Both the position numbers and the translations under genes were made by a program. From assembly GCA_038087875.1 (NCBI GenBank), contig JAXLNO010000260.1, positions 124,001 through 188,000 on the forward strand: a stretch of DNA of 64,000 bases, read 5' to 3'. Positions 1-13,438 of this stretch are shown here, in pieces (position 1 is the first letter of the stretch; every line of letters starts with the position of its first letter). Origin of the DNA: Malacoraja senta (lineage: Eukaryota). A model generated the notes under the pieces. The model saw nothing but the letters and a program-made list of their open reading frames with translations, did not search any database and was not told the DNA's origin.

Positions 1-88
1 AACTAAGGAGTAAACTGAAAAAGGGGGCCAGGAGATAGCTCTGGCGAGTAGCATTAAGGACAATCCGAATTTTTTTTATAAATGCATA
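1..88 (+). mobile_element. CR1 LINE ORF2 fragment running off the window start; near-identical to 1785-1872
   Basis: Direct match of aactaaggagtaaactg...aaatgcata to 1785-1872 inside the CR1 copy. Confidence 0.8.
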
Positions 89-1684
89 CGCGTCAGCATA
101 CGCGGCCAAGGGAGCAGCAGTCTGGCACGGTGATGACATTCAATAGGCTCGTCTGCTATAAACAAAATCCATTATAAAGAGGTCCGTAAAAATTAGGGTT
201 TATCTTGTTCATCAAGCTAGGTACATCTGTGGGAAGAGAGACAGCGTTAATGTTTCAGTTTGAAGACTCTTCATCAGAATGTCTTGGACAGGACTGTAGA
301 ATCCATTGTGTGGTTCTCTCAAACAGGCAGAATAGCAGATTGGCCTAAATGCACTGCAGTGTTGTGTGATACTGAGATCACTGTTTCCGTATAAGTAGGA
401 GAGGGCTTACTAATTGTACTGAAAATTGCAAGGCACCTAGCCCTTCCACCTGGTTTGGCATCTGAGTAATAATTTGATGCTAATTCAGAAAATAAAGTGA
501 ATGTTCTCGTTCGTTTTAAACCTGCATGAGTGGCACTATGTAAATATAATATTGTGTTTTAACTGAAATTACCAGCAATGTAATGGCTGAATAACTGCTG
601 TGCTGATTCTGCATTTCTATTTTCCCTTTTGCCTCAATCTACAAGAAATGAAACATAAAGCATGCATTGTTCCCAAAGGCAATTACTTAGACATATAAAT
701 AAAACGGCATTATTGAAATGTAAACAATTTTTGGTACACTTGCCAACTCTGTGACTTGCAAAGTGATCATCAGGCATCTGAAAACGAATTCCATCAACAC
801 TTGAAGAGGGGCAGCCCTGTTCCACCGTGTTGTATTTAGCAACTTTACTGCACAGTCAGGGAGGGAAAATAACTGCAGTCTGATTTCTTTTCTATCCAAC
901 CAGGAAATTTGAAAACTAAAAATAAATAAAGATGACAAATGATTTCAAAAGTACGATTTCTTTGGGATTCAGCCCATACCTCTAAAAATTGTTGGGGCCC
1001 ACTTTATATCAGTTCAACTTGTGTGAAAGGAAATGTTTGAGTTGCTTAAGTTATGTCTTTCCTTGGGATATGGAGTTTAGTAATGCCAAAATATCCAGGT
1101 AACAAGCTGGGTGTGAAGGTCATAGTATTTCTGAATGGAAATCAGCAGGTATAATTAAGCTGTTTATGGTTTAGATCAACTTTAAAACTTCCTGGGAATG
1201 TAGAAAGGCTCAAACAAATTGATGTGGCAGTGGTGTTCAAGTTCAGGCAGATAGAAAATGTTTCAGCAAAAAACAGAATTCTGGAGGAACTGAGTGGGTC
1301 AGGCAGCATCTGTGGAGGGGATGGACAGAGAATGTTTAGGGATGGGATCCTTCTTCAGACTGACTTTGCTTAAGGATGTGCCACTGGGTGCAAATCCAGA
1401 GACATAGTGGAGAGAAGTTAGCCCAGGCTAACGAAATGTGAATCCAAATCCATTCATTAGGTGATAAACAACTAAAATTAACAGAGGATCATGCTATTTT
1501 CTCCAGGACCCACTTATGGGGCAATCCAAGGGAATATGTTGAAAAGAATAGAAATAACTATCATAAACAGAAAGTCAGCAGAAAACTCAGAGGGTCAAAA
1601 AGGGAACTTAATAAAAACAAAGGACGAGGGGTAAAATGCAAGACTGTATGTTCTTCCAATAGTATACATATATAGTGAGTTACG

Positions 1685-3502
1685 TAAGGAAGCTTGGCTG
1701 ACGAGGGAAATTGAGGCATTTGTCAAAAACAAGAAGGATGCATGGGACAGGTGGGATCAAGTGCATCCCTGGAGGAGTTTTAGGAACTAAGGAGTAAACT
1801 GAAAAAGGGGGCCAGGAGATAGCTCTGGCGAGTAGCATTAAGGACAATCCGAATTTTTTTACTAAATGCATAAGGGGGAAAAGGCTAACTAGAGAGAGAG
1901 TGGGACCACTCAGGAATCAAGGCAGTCACCTCTGTGTGGAGCCACAGGAGATGGGCAAGGTTCTCAATGAGTATTTATCCTCTGTATATACCGAGGAGAA
2001 ATACAGTATGACGGAGGAACTTGGGCAGTCAATGGAAGTGTCTTGAGAGCAGTCAGTGTTACCGTCGAAGAAGTACTGAAGGTACTATCGTGTGTGAAGG
2101 TAGTCAAATCTCCAGGGCCTGATCAGATATATCTGAGAACATTGTGGGAAACGAGAGAGGAAATTGCGGGAGCACTGTTTGAAATTTACGAGTCGTCCTT
2201 AAATACAGGAGAGATGCCGGAAGACTTGAGGGTGGCAAATGTTGTGCATCTATTGAAGGAGGGCTGCAGAAATAATGCTGCGAACTATAGGCCAGTGAGC
2301 TTAACATCTGTAGTTGGAAAGTCACCAGAGCGTATTCTGAGGGATAGGTTATACAGGCATTTGGATGGGCAAGGACTGATCATGGATAGTCAACATGGTT
2401 TTGTATGTGGAAGGTCATGTCTCACAAATCTGATTGAGTTTTTTGTTGGAAAGTTGCTTCACGGACTGGAGGCCTATGACAAGTGGTGTGCCTCAGGGTT
2501 CGGTGCTGAGCCCATTACTGTTTGTCATGTACATCAGTGATTTGGATGGGGACATACAGGGCAAAGTTAGACGTTTTCTGATGATACAAAAGTGGGTGGT
2601 TTTGCAGATAGTGAAGATGGTTGTGAAAGATTGCAGCAGGATCATGATCGATTGGCCAGGTGGGCTGAGGACTTGTTGATGGAATTTAATACAGAGAAAT
2701 GTGAGGTTTGCATTTGGGACGTCTAACAAGGGCAGGACCTATACAGTGAATGGTAGGCCTCTGGGTAGTGCTGGAGAGCAGGGGGATCTTGGAGTACAGG
2801 GGCATGGTTCCTTGAAGGTCGAGTCGCAGGTACATAAGGTGGTCAAAAAGGCTTTTGGCACATTGGCCTTCATCAGTCAGAGTATTGAGTATAGAAGTTG
2901 GGAGGTCATGTTGCAGTTGTATAAGACATTGGTGAGACTGCATTTAGAATATTGTGTTCAGTTCTGGGCACCATGCTAAAGGAAAGATACTGACAAGCTG
3001 GAAAGGGTTCAGAGAAGATTTACGAGGATGTTGCCAGGACTAGAGTGTCTGAGCTATAGGGAGAGGTTGAGTATGCTGGGTCACTATTCCTTGGAGTGGA
3101 GGATGAGGGGTGATCTTATAGAGGTGTATAAAATTATGAGAGGAATAAATCGAGCAGATGCACAGTCTCTTGCCTAGAGTAGGGGAATCGAGGACCAGAG
3201 GACATAGGTTCAAGGTGAAGGGGAAAAGATTATATAGGAATCTGAGGGGTAACTTTTTCACACAAAGTGTGGTGGGTGTATGAAACAAGCTGCCAGAGGA
3301 GGTAGTTGAGGCTGGGACTAACCCAACGTTTAAGAAACAATTAGACAGGTACATGGATAGGACAAGTTTGAAGGGATATGGACCAAACGTAGGCAGGTGG
3401 GACTAGTGTAGCTGGGACATGTTGGCCGGCATGGGCAAGTTGGGCCAAAGGGCCTGTTTCCACACTATCATTCAATGACCCAATGACTCTATGACTCTAT
3501 GA
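1685..3502 (+). mobile_element. 5'-truncated CR1 (HER1-like) LINE with frameshifted RT ORF2
   Basis: ORFs 2043-2540 (KSPGPD, NYRPVSLTS, SQHGF..SCLTNL), 2434-2679 ([11 protein letters not shown]), 2701-2979 (LEYCVQFWAP); 3' tail (tctatgac)n. Confidence 0.93.
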
Positions 3503-3764
3503 AATGAGAACTCAGGTGTTGTAAGATAATAACAGGATTCAACATCAGAAGAAAAAACTTACTCCAAGTTTCCAGAACCGGAATGGATAGAGCTAAGAAT
3601 CACATAATATTGCACGACAAATATTGCCTGATTTGATTAGGATTATTGAGCCACAGACACATGCAAGGTCATACATGAGTGAATCTGACCTGCTAATCGG
3701 GTGGCCAACGTCAGCAAAAGTTGAGAAGGTTGGTGATAAAACTTAGAATTCTTCCCTTTGGAGC

Positions 3765-4252
3765 ATCTTGCGCAGTTCGAGTCACCCCATTACAAGAAAG
3801 ATGTTGTCAGGATTAGAGGGTATTCATTTGAAGAAAAGGTTGGACAAGCTTGGATTGTTTTCCCAGGAGCATTGGAGGCTGAGAGGAGACCTGATAGAGG
3901 TTTACAAAATGATGAGAGGCAGAGGTAGGTTAGACTGTAAGAACCTTTATCCCAGGTTGATAATGTCAAAGATTAAATGATATAGATTTAAGTCAGAGGT
4001 GGAAATTTTAAAGGACAAGTGCAGGGAAAATGGTTTACACTGGGGGTGATAGGTGCCTGGAATATGCTGCTTTGGGGTGGTGGTGGACACAGGTATGATA
4101 GTGACATTTAAGGAGCTTTGCAGGGAATGGAGTGTTATGGATCACATACAGAGAGAGGAAATGTATTTAATGTGGCATCATGCTTGGCACAAACATTTTT
4201 GGCCAAAGGTCCTGTTTCTGTACCATACTATTCTATGTTCTATGGTCTATGT
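3765..4252 (+). mobile_element. Old CR1 3' fragment
   Basis: RLDKLGLFS..RLRGDLIEVYKMM motif; tail ttctatgttctatggtctatg. Confidence 0.8.
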
Positions 4253-4921
4253 TCCCAGTGATCTTATAATTGATCTTATAATTAATACATTTCATCTTCT
4301 CAGGAAGCGGATCTCAGCGGATCAGGCAGTATTTGAGAGGGAATCGACAAGTCTCAAGATGGGTCCTGAACCAAAATGTCCATTCCATTCGCTGGTGCTG
4401 TCTGATCGGCTGATTTCCTCCAGCATTTCATATTTTACTCGTTTCCGGCACGTAGTTTCTTGTCTCTCTCTGCAGCTTAACAGGCTTCTTTTGTCTCCTT
4501 TCCAGTTCTAATGAAGGGTCTACGACCTAAAATATTAACTCTGTTTCTCTTCCCACATATTTAATGTGACCTTCTGAGTATTTCCAGCATCTTTTTTTTA
4601 TTTTAGATTTTCCAACACTTTTCGTCTTTTTATCCTTGAGAATGTTGAATACTTGTTAATCATTGCTGATGTTTTGTGCAAGAGTGTAAATCGAGGGAAA
4701 TGAAGGGGGCAGAGAGAAAAAATGCTCGAGCTGTGAGATGCAAAACACAACAGCTGCTTGAAACTTGAAATATAAGAGAATGCTGTTAATAATCAGCAGA
4801 TTAGATTGTACGTACACAGGGAGATAAAAAAAGGCTCAGTTTATTTCCCTTTCTCTATCAGTACACGACCTGCTATTTGCAACACATCACACTCCTTTCG
4901 CACTATCTAATTGACCATTAA

Positions 4922-5387
4922 CTCTCTCCACTGGCTCCCTGTGCGGTTCCTTATAAACTTCAAGATCCTCCTCCATGTCTACAAAGCCCTCAATGGGCTT
5001 GCCCCCACCTACATAAAAAGTCTTCTCACCCACCACTCCACCTCCAGGCCTCTCAGATCGGCCGACTTGGGGTGGCTGAATATCCCACGGTCTTGGCATA
5101 AGCTCAGGGGCGACCGCGCCTTTGCAGTTGCAGCCCCTAGACTGTGGAACAGCATCCCCTTTCCCATCAGAACTGCCCCCTCCATCGACTCTTTTAAGTC
5201 AAGACTAAAAACTTATCTATACTCCCAAGCCTTTCTTGACGTCCTCTGAGTGAGGGCTACATGTATATATGTATGTAGTTTGTTTTGTTTATGCTATTCT
5301 TATAACAAATGTAAAGCACTTTGGCCAACGAGAGTTGTTTTTTAAATGTGCTATATAAATAAATGTGACTTGACTTGACTTGTGACT
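4922..5387 (+). mobile_element. L2-clade LINE 3' fragment
   Basis: LHWLPV..FKILL.VYKALNGLAP.Y..RAFAVAAPRLWNS (L2 C-terminus), tgtaaagcacttt..gtgctatataaataaa 3' end, (gactt)n tail. Confidence 0.9.
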
Positions 5388-5955
5388 AACAACTTTTCAC
5401 TGCAGCAACCCTTGACTCAGTCCATCAGAAATATCCTTTTTGTTCCATCTGTTTCTCATCTTCTCTACAACAGTCTTTGGCTCTGTTTCTCTTTTCACAG
5501 ATGCTGCCTGACCTGCTGAGTGTTTCCAACAATTTCCGATTATGTTTGAAGTTTGCAGCACCCGCAGTGAATTTAAAATATTGTCATAAGTTTATATAGA
5601 GATGCAGCATAGAATTGGCCCTTCAGCCCTTCGAGCCCATGCTCACCCTTTCGCACTGGTTTGATGTTATCTCACTTTCTCGTCCACTCCTTGCACACTC
5701 TGGGAAATGTTTACAATTAACCTTCAAACCCACACGTCTTCAGCATGTGGAATAAAGCAGTTCTACCAGCTGTACCTAAGCTTTGCAATGTTTGTTGACT
5801 TTTCCCAAAGGATCAGCAGAAATGTGGGTGAGTTCAAGCCCTTTGTAATGTGGATCTCTGACTCTCGATATTGTGATTACAGAGACTTTCCTGGTTCTGA
5901 TGCCTGCTGCTGACCTCCCAAAGTTCCATAGAAAAATAAACAAATTGTTGGGGTT

Positions 5956-6499
5956 CATAAGTTCATAAGTTATAGGAGCAGAATTAGGTCATTCGGCCAT
6001 CAAGTCTAGTCCGCCATTCAATAATGGCTGATCTATCTACACCTCTCAACCCCATTCGCCTGCCTTCCCCATAACACCTGACACATGTACTAATCAAGAA
6101 TCTATCAATCTTTATGCTACAAAAAAAACATTGACTTGGTTTCCACAGCCTCCTGTGGTATTGAATTCCACCAATTCACCACCCTCTGACTAAAGACATT
6201 TCACCTCATCTCCTTTCTAAAGGTACATTCTTTTATTCTAAGGCTAAGGCCTCTGGTTATCAACTCTCCAACTAGTGGAAACATCCTCTCAACATCCACT
6301 CTATCCAGGCCTTTCACCATTCGATAAGTTTCAATAAGGTCACCCCTCATCCTTCTAAACCAGTAAGTACAGGCCCAGTGCCATTAAACTTGAATCTAAT
6401 CATTCCTGGGATCATTCTTGTAAACCTCCTCTGGATCCTCTCCAATGCCTCCACATCCTTCCTCAGATATGGAGCCCAAAACTGCTCACAATACTCCAA
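5956..6499 (-). mobile_element. CR1 3' fragment
   Basis: Reverse complement of the CR1 C-terminus and 3' UTR; tail reads cataagttcataag on +. Confidence 0.8.
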
Positions 6500-8845
6500 G
6501 TAACTCCACGGGTCAGGCAGCATCTCTGGAAAACATGGATTGGTGATGTTTCACGTTGGGACCCTTCTTCAGAGTGATTGTAGTAGGGGGGGGGGAGGAG
6601 AAAGCTAGAGAAAGCTTGGTGTGATAGGTAGATACAGGGGTGGGAATGTTCCCGATAGGCAGATGGTTGGACGATGGCCATTCTGAGAAAGGCCTGAAGT
6701 TCCATTCCATTCTGCAGATACAAACCACTTCCCATTGATTGCTGGTTGCCAATGACTGATATTATGGTTTGGGAATTAAATTTGCCTGAGCCTTATCCAG
6801 CCAAATTAAATCTTGACTTGATTTCTACACCCCAAATCACTTGCTCATTCTGATCAAATGATCAGCCTGAAAAGGTGTCCTGACCTGAACCTTTGTCTGC
6901 CCATTCCGTCCAAATATGCTGCTTGACCTGCTAAGTTCCTCCAGCTCTATTTTTTTCTCCATTTTCCAGTATCTGCAGCCTCTTGTGTCTCAGGTGCTCG
7001 TTGCCTTTCAGTCCGTGATCTGTCTTGAGCTGATCTGTTTAAACTAACTATCTTTTTTCTATTTCAGTCAAGTCAAGACTGACAGCTGTCTCATACTTAT
7101 CGGAAGCTCTAATATTCCTGCTTGATTTAAGAATACATCTCTCGTTCTTTTTAGTGTTTACATTTTAAAATACACCCAGTTACTTGTGAAAGTGGTGTCA
7201 TCAATTTGATAGCAGCTTACCAGGCTTGTAATTACATGATTCAAATATTGACAGTTTCCAGTGGAGTATGGCTCTCTCGTCTGCTTTGTTGCCAGCTTCT
7301 CAGTGGGGTGTTAGATTCACACTGCACGGAAACAGCCCCACCGCATCTGCATCCATTCACTCCAATCCAAAACTTCCCCCCTCTTTTTCCTCCCCACGTT
7401 CCCACTGACTCTCCCCAGATTCTAGTGCTCAATTAACTATCAATTATCAATTAACCTTCCATCCTGCACACCTTTAGTACAACCCGGAGGAAACCCCAAT
7501 TACAGGAAACACGTGCAAACTCCACACAGTCCATCACCACAATTAATGATTGAACTTGGATCACTGGAGCTGCCACTGCTACACCACTGTGGCCTCCTTC
7601 TTCAGTGCCTGTGCACCCCAACATCCAGAATTTATTGCAAGTGTTGCTGGAGCTCTCCCCACTGCAGCGAACAACGCAAAATCGCATGTCGCTTCTACAT
7701 TTAGCACAGGCCAGCATTATCTGCCCAAGAGAGTGTTTCTTGGGCATATCTCCATTTCAATAGGGAGGTTTCATTTAGAAGTGCCCACATTGGGAGGTTA
7801 GCCTGCAGTCAATCAAATAGCTATTCACACACAAGGATTGCACCCTAGCATTATATGTATATGCTATCAGGGTCACTTCAAGTTACATACAGGTGCAAAA
7901 ACAAGTGATGGGGACATTGTTTTCAAAGAACATAATATTCTTAGCTTTCCGTCTAGAGAGGATTCATCATGTAACCTTTCAGAACAATGTCCAAGGGTAT
8001 TAATATTTGAAAGGGAGAAGGTGATGTAACTTGCATCCCTGTGACAATTTGGTCACCGTTCATCCTTTTGAAGTCAGTAAGGTTGTTGCTTCTTTCTCAA
8101 CCTTCTCAATCTCAGTAATGGTATCTTATTTTATGTATCCACTGGAAAACATCTACAGCTAATCCTACAGTGCTTCTGACATCTGGGGAAGATTCCTTAA
8201 TTTCCATGTTAATGGCATAGGGAAATACAGCAAAAATCCATTCAACAAACTGGATTCACAAGGAACTGCAGATGTTGGAGTCGTGAGTAAACCACAGAGT
8301 GCTGGAGTAACTCAGTGGGTCAGGCAGCATCTCTGGGGAGAATGTACAGTCTGATGCAAAGTTTGACCAATCCATTTCCTTCAGAGTTGCTGCCTGCCCC
8401 ACTGAATTACTCCAGCACTTTATGTTTTCCTCAACAAACTGGACTGAGTGGTTCCATTGCAGATTACCATTTGGAAACTGTGTTTATATGTATAATAAGG
8501 TACATTGAGCGGTCTCCTCTTCCTGTTACTGTTATTTACTTAAAAATGTTCTAACCAATGCTAAATAAGATGGGATAAATAAATTAATGTAATTAGCTGA
8601 GTACATGCAGAAAAAGAACCAGGAGCTCATATCGGATGTAGAGTCAAGGAACTGCAGATGCTAGTTTACCAATGGAATACACAAAATGCTGGAGTCATTT
8701 AATGGGTCCCAGTCAGGGAGAGCATCCTTGCAGAACATGGATAGGTGATGTTTTGGATCTTGACTCAAAAGTCACCTATCCATGTTCTCCAGGAAGATAG
8801 ACACAAACCACTGGAGTATCTCAGCAGGTCAGATAGCATCGCTGT

Positions 8846-9143
8846 CTGAAGAAGGGTCTCAACCCAAAATGTCACCTATTCCTTTTCTAAACTCTAATTT
8901 CAAGTATCCCTTGCATTCCCTCTCTCCCCGTCCCTCCCCCACACTCGTCATCCTACTAGTTTCACTGTTCGTACCCCTTCGTTATCACCTCTTCCACAGC
9001 CAACAATGGACCATTGTGGGTGCCTTAAACATCGGTGCCAAACCTGACTTATTCTGTACCTTTTCATTCGTCTAGTTTCTTTCTCCTCTGAATTTCAGTC
9101 TGAAGAAGGACCTTAACCTAAAACATCACCTATTCCTTTTCTA
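8846..9143 (+). mobile_element. Penelope terminal (pLTR-like) fragment with two decayed hammerhead-like motifs 254 bp apart
   Basis: ctgaagaagg...cacctattccttttct at 8846 and 9100; the spacer starts like the Penelope ORF end at about 12522 (ctctaatttca.gta). Confidence 0.65.
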
Positions 9144-9564
9144 AATACCATCTTACACATGTTCTCCAGGAATACTGCCTGAGTCCATAATGGATGATCA
9201 ACAAACTTCATTATCTGGTATGGATTCAAACCCATATAGCACTCTGAGAGGGGTGAATAACACAGGTACAGGGGTAGTAGCTTTCAGTGAGCTGGTCTTG
9301 TAGTCTTGTATTGTGGACTGAAATAAGGACATATATGTCTAGATGCACACAACATCTCAGGAGTTTCAGTTCCACAAGATTGTAGCCGGGGTTATGTTAT
9401 CAACACTAAAATGCTGGCTTGTTGTGATAAAGAGTCCCATCTTTAAATATGTGCTCCCAAACCTGCAACATACATTGAATGTATGTGATTTTTTTCTACA
9501 GATTGAAATTTATTTGAATTGATCTGAGCAAGAAATAAGAGGGCCACATTCTATTTTATGTTAG

Positions 9565-9930
9565 AATCATATAGTCATTGAGTCATGTCATCTAAGCTGC
9601 TCATCTACACTTGTCCCACTTGCTCATTTTTCACCCATTTCCCTCGAAACCTTTCCCGTCCAAATGTCCAAATGTCTTATAAACATTGTTAATTCATCTG
9701 GCAACTTGTTTCAAATAGTCTCTGTGTGAAAATATTGCACCTCAGGTTCCTCTTAAATGTTTTCCCTCTCCTACCCCTATGCCTTCTTGATTCCCCAACT
9801 CTGGGGAAAAAAGACTATACTTCCACCTTATCTATGCCCCGCATGACATTATACACCTCCTTATGATCATTCTTCAGTCTTCCTATGATCCGGGGAATGA
9901 AGTCCCAACTTGCCCAACCTCTTCCTACAA
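9565..9930 (-). mobile_element. Old CR1 3' fragment
   Basis: Similar to the reverse complement of 3040-3500. Confidence 0.7.
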
Positions 9931-9942
9931 ATGAGTCCCTTA

Positions 9943-10708
9943 TTATCTGAATGGTGGCCGATTAGGAAAAGGGGAGATGCAGCGAGACCTGGGTGTCATG
10001 GTACACCAGTCATTGAAAGTAGGCATGCAGGTGCAGCAGGCAGTGAAAAAAGCGAATGGTATGTAGCATTCATAGCAAAAGGATTTGAGTATAGGAGCAG
10101 GGAGGTTCTACTGCAGTTGTACAGAGTCTTGGTGAGACCACACCTGGAGTATTGCGTACAGTTTTGGTCTCCAAATCTGTGGAAAGACATTCTTGCCATA
10201 GAGGGAGTACAGAGAAGGTTCACCAGACTGATTCCTGGGATGTCAGGCCTTTCATATGAAGAAAGACTGGATAGACTCGGCTTGTACTCGCTAGAATTTA
10301 GAAGATTGAGGGGGGGATCTTATAGAAACGTACAAAATTATTAAGGGGTTGGACAGGCTAGATGCAGGAAGATTGTTCCCGATGTTGGGGAAGTCCAGAA
10401 CAAGGGGGCACAGTTTAAGAATAAGGGGGAAATCTTTTAGGACCGAGATGAGAAAAACATTTTTTACACAGAGAGTGGTGAATCTGTGGAATTCTCTGCT
10501 ACAGAAGGTAGTTGAGGCCAGTTCATTGGCTATATTTAAGAGGGAGTTAGATGTGGCCCTTGTGGCTAAAGGGATCAGGGTGTATGGAGAGAAGGCAGGT
10601 ACAGGATACTGAGTTGGATGATCAGCCATGATCATATTGAATGGCGGTGCAGGCTCGAAGGGCCGAATGGCCTACTCCTGCACCTATTTTCTATGTTTCT
10701 ATGGTTCT
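9943..10708 (+). mobile_element. CR1 3' fragment
   Basis: LVRPHLEYCVQFWSP, FFTQRVVNLWNSL; tail ttctatgtttctatg. Confidence 0.92.
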
Positions 10709-11404
10709 ACGTTAACTCCTGGCAAAATCCTTGTAAATCTTTTCTGCATTCTTTTTGGTTTAAAGCATGTTGTTGAGTGCAATTATTTCTGCAATGGGAA
10801 CAGCACAGATGCCCTGAAATCATGGAGTCTATTCTGGTCAGTGATCACACAGTGCATTGCTTTTTTTGTATACAATTTACTAAAATTATAGAAGTGAAAT
10901 GAGATCTTATTTAAACTTGTAAATATAAATTGTACGATTATAAAAGCAGATTGGATATCCAGTTGAACTCATCACTGGATATGTGTACAGATTTTAAAAA
11001 ACAGCAAAAAAATGAAAATTTGAATTTTAGTTTTCAGGCATGGATAAATTGAATAGAAAACAAAGGAAGTGATGTTTAATCTATAAAGAATATTGATTAG
11101 GTCACAGATCAATTATTGCTTGCTGTGCTGGGATGCCAAAGTAATTGGAAATCAAAATTATGAAGTGCAAATAGCACATCCCAAACTAGCTCTTGCAATG
11201 ATTGATGTGTTCTTAATTTGTTATCCATTCTCTTGCCTTTTTCTACATCTTTGAATTATGCTACTGTCATGCAAGCAGGAAAGAGTCTAGTGATGTCATT
11301 GTTTTTCTAATTGACAGAAGATCATATGCTGAGAGGTACGTGGACAAGCTATTTATTTGAAACAACCTATTATTACAAAGCTGGATTTTATTTGTAAAAT
11401 AAAC

Positions 11405-12600
11405 TTGTAGGGTACGTCGAACAATCCTTGTTTGAGACGTACCGTGGCCCAATCCCCGACCTCCACCTCCGCTACATCGACGACTGCATTGGTGCTAACT
11501 CCTGCACCGACGCACAACTCACTGACTTCATCCATTTCACCACTAACTTCCAGCCAGCACTCAAATACACCTGGACCATATCTGACACTTCCCTACCATT
11601 TCTTGACCTCACTATCTTCATCGCAGGCGATAGACTTCTTACCGACATCCACTATAAACCCACAGACTCCCATGGCTATCTGGACTACACTTTTTCCTAC
11701 CTTACTTCCTGTAAGGACTATATCCCCTACTCCCAATTTCTCTGTCTATGCCACATCTGCACCCAGGATGAGGTGTTCCACACCAGGGCATCGTAGATGT
11801 CCTAATTATTCAGGGAACTGGGGTTCCCCTCTTCTACCCTAGATGAGGCTCACACCAGGGTCTCTTCTATACCCCGTAACTCTACTCTCACTCCCCATCC
11901 CCCCACCCGTAACAAGGGCAGAGTCCCATGTGCACTTACCTTCCACCCCACCAGCCGTCACGTACAACAATAATCCTCCGTCATTTTCACCACCTCTATC
12001 GTGACTCCACCACTTGCCACATCTTCCCATCTCCTCCCCTGTCTGCTTTCCGCAGACACCGCTCCCTCCGTAACTCCCTGGTCAATTCGTCGCTTCCCAG
12101 CCGAACCACCCCCTCTCCGGGCACTTTCCCTTGCAACCGCAAGAAATACTACACTTGTCGCTTTACCTCCCCCCTTGACTCCATCCAAGGACCCAAGAAG
12201 TCTTTCCAGGTGCGGCAGCGGTTCAACTGCATCTCCTCCAATCTCATCTATTGCATCCGCTGCTCTAGATGTCAGCTGCTCTACATCGGTGAGACCAAGC
12301 GTAGGCTTGGCAATCACTTCGCCCAACACCTCCGCTCAGTTTGCAATAACCAACCTGATCTCCCGGTGGCTCAGCACTTCAACTCCCCCTTGCATTCCGA
12401 ATCCGACCTTTCTGTCCTGGGCCTCCTCCATGGCCAGAATGAGGACCACTGTAAATTGGAGGAGCACCACCTCATATTTCGCTTGGGCAGTTTGCACCCC
12501 AGCGGTATGAACATTGACTTCTCTAATTTCAGGTAGTCCTTACTTTCTCCTCCCCTTCTCAGCTCTCCCTCAGCCCACTGCTCCTCCTCTTCCTCTCTTC
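11405..12600 (+). mobile_element. Penelope-like element, 5'-truncated: RT C-terminal part and GIY-YIG endonuclease (disrupted)
   Basis: ORF 11428-11796 has LRYIDD, FLDL, YKPTDSHGYLDY; ORF 11928-12536 has NLIYCIRCSRCQLLYIGETKRRL..H and LHPSGMN. Confidence 0.93.
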
Positions 12601-12772
12601 TTTGCAATTTTTTAACATTCTTGGCCAGAACAGTTGCCAAATCAAATTGTGAAGCATCCGGAGAGGAAGCTCTCCACGGTGAATCTGAAGAAATTAGTAA
12701 TAGTTGTTTTGGACATGTTGAATTTCCGGTCTTCTGAGGAAGTAGAGGAGTTAGTGTGCTTCCTTGGACATA
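12600..12772 (-). mobile_element. Rex1/Babar LINE fragment
   Basis: Minus-strand translation LYFLRR/RKFNMSKTTITNFFRFTVESFLSGCFTI*FGNC..KLQR. Confidence 0.8.
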
Positions 12773-13012
12773 GCATACAAGAAAGCCAATACAAACTCCA
12801 ACTATTGCTGCTGTGTGCATTCATGCCCGGAAGGACATAAAAGACTTTAGTTACAACAAGGAAGAAAGCTGTTGCATATTATTGTTAGGAAGGTGATCAC
12901 GCTTCCTTCATTGTTAAAATCAACACTGAGTGCTTCAAGATATGAAGATGACAATTATTTCAACATATTTCCCTTATGCGCCAGAATTTCTTCATCCCCT
13001 CTCTCTTTGCGA

Positions 13013-13300
13013 GTTCAAAAGCCGAGCACTTCTTGAAATGTCCTGATTGAGTATGTGACAGAGCTGTAAATATAAATAAATATAAATAAATATGGTACTC
13101 TGTAAAACCCATAATTAACAACAAAAAAGTTCTGTATATTTGTAGTTCTGCTGCAAGTAAGAATCTCATTGTCCCGTTTCAGTACATATGAAAATAAATC
13201 ACTCTTGACTCTTTAAAGCTGGGAGGAACAAGCCATCACATGGCCACTGCTCTGTCACATACTCAATTAGGACATTTCAAGAAGTGCTCGGCTTATGAAC
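13013..13300. repeat. 55-bp inverted repeat (13013-13067 / 13246-13300, 3 mismatches)
   Basis: Direct reverse-complement comparison of the two arms. Confidence 0.9.
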
Positions 13301-13430
<130 letters not shown>

Positions 13431-13438
13431 TGTGCCCA

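Noticed and set aside
7451..7801. Cys-rich ORF as a possible host exon
   Set aside because: Partly overlaps a decayed SINE, has no recognisable domain, and no supporting neighbouring exons are seen
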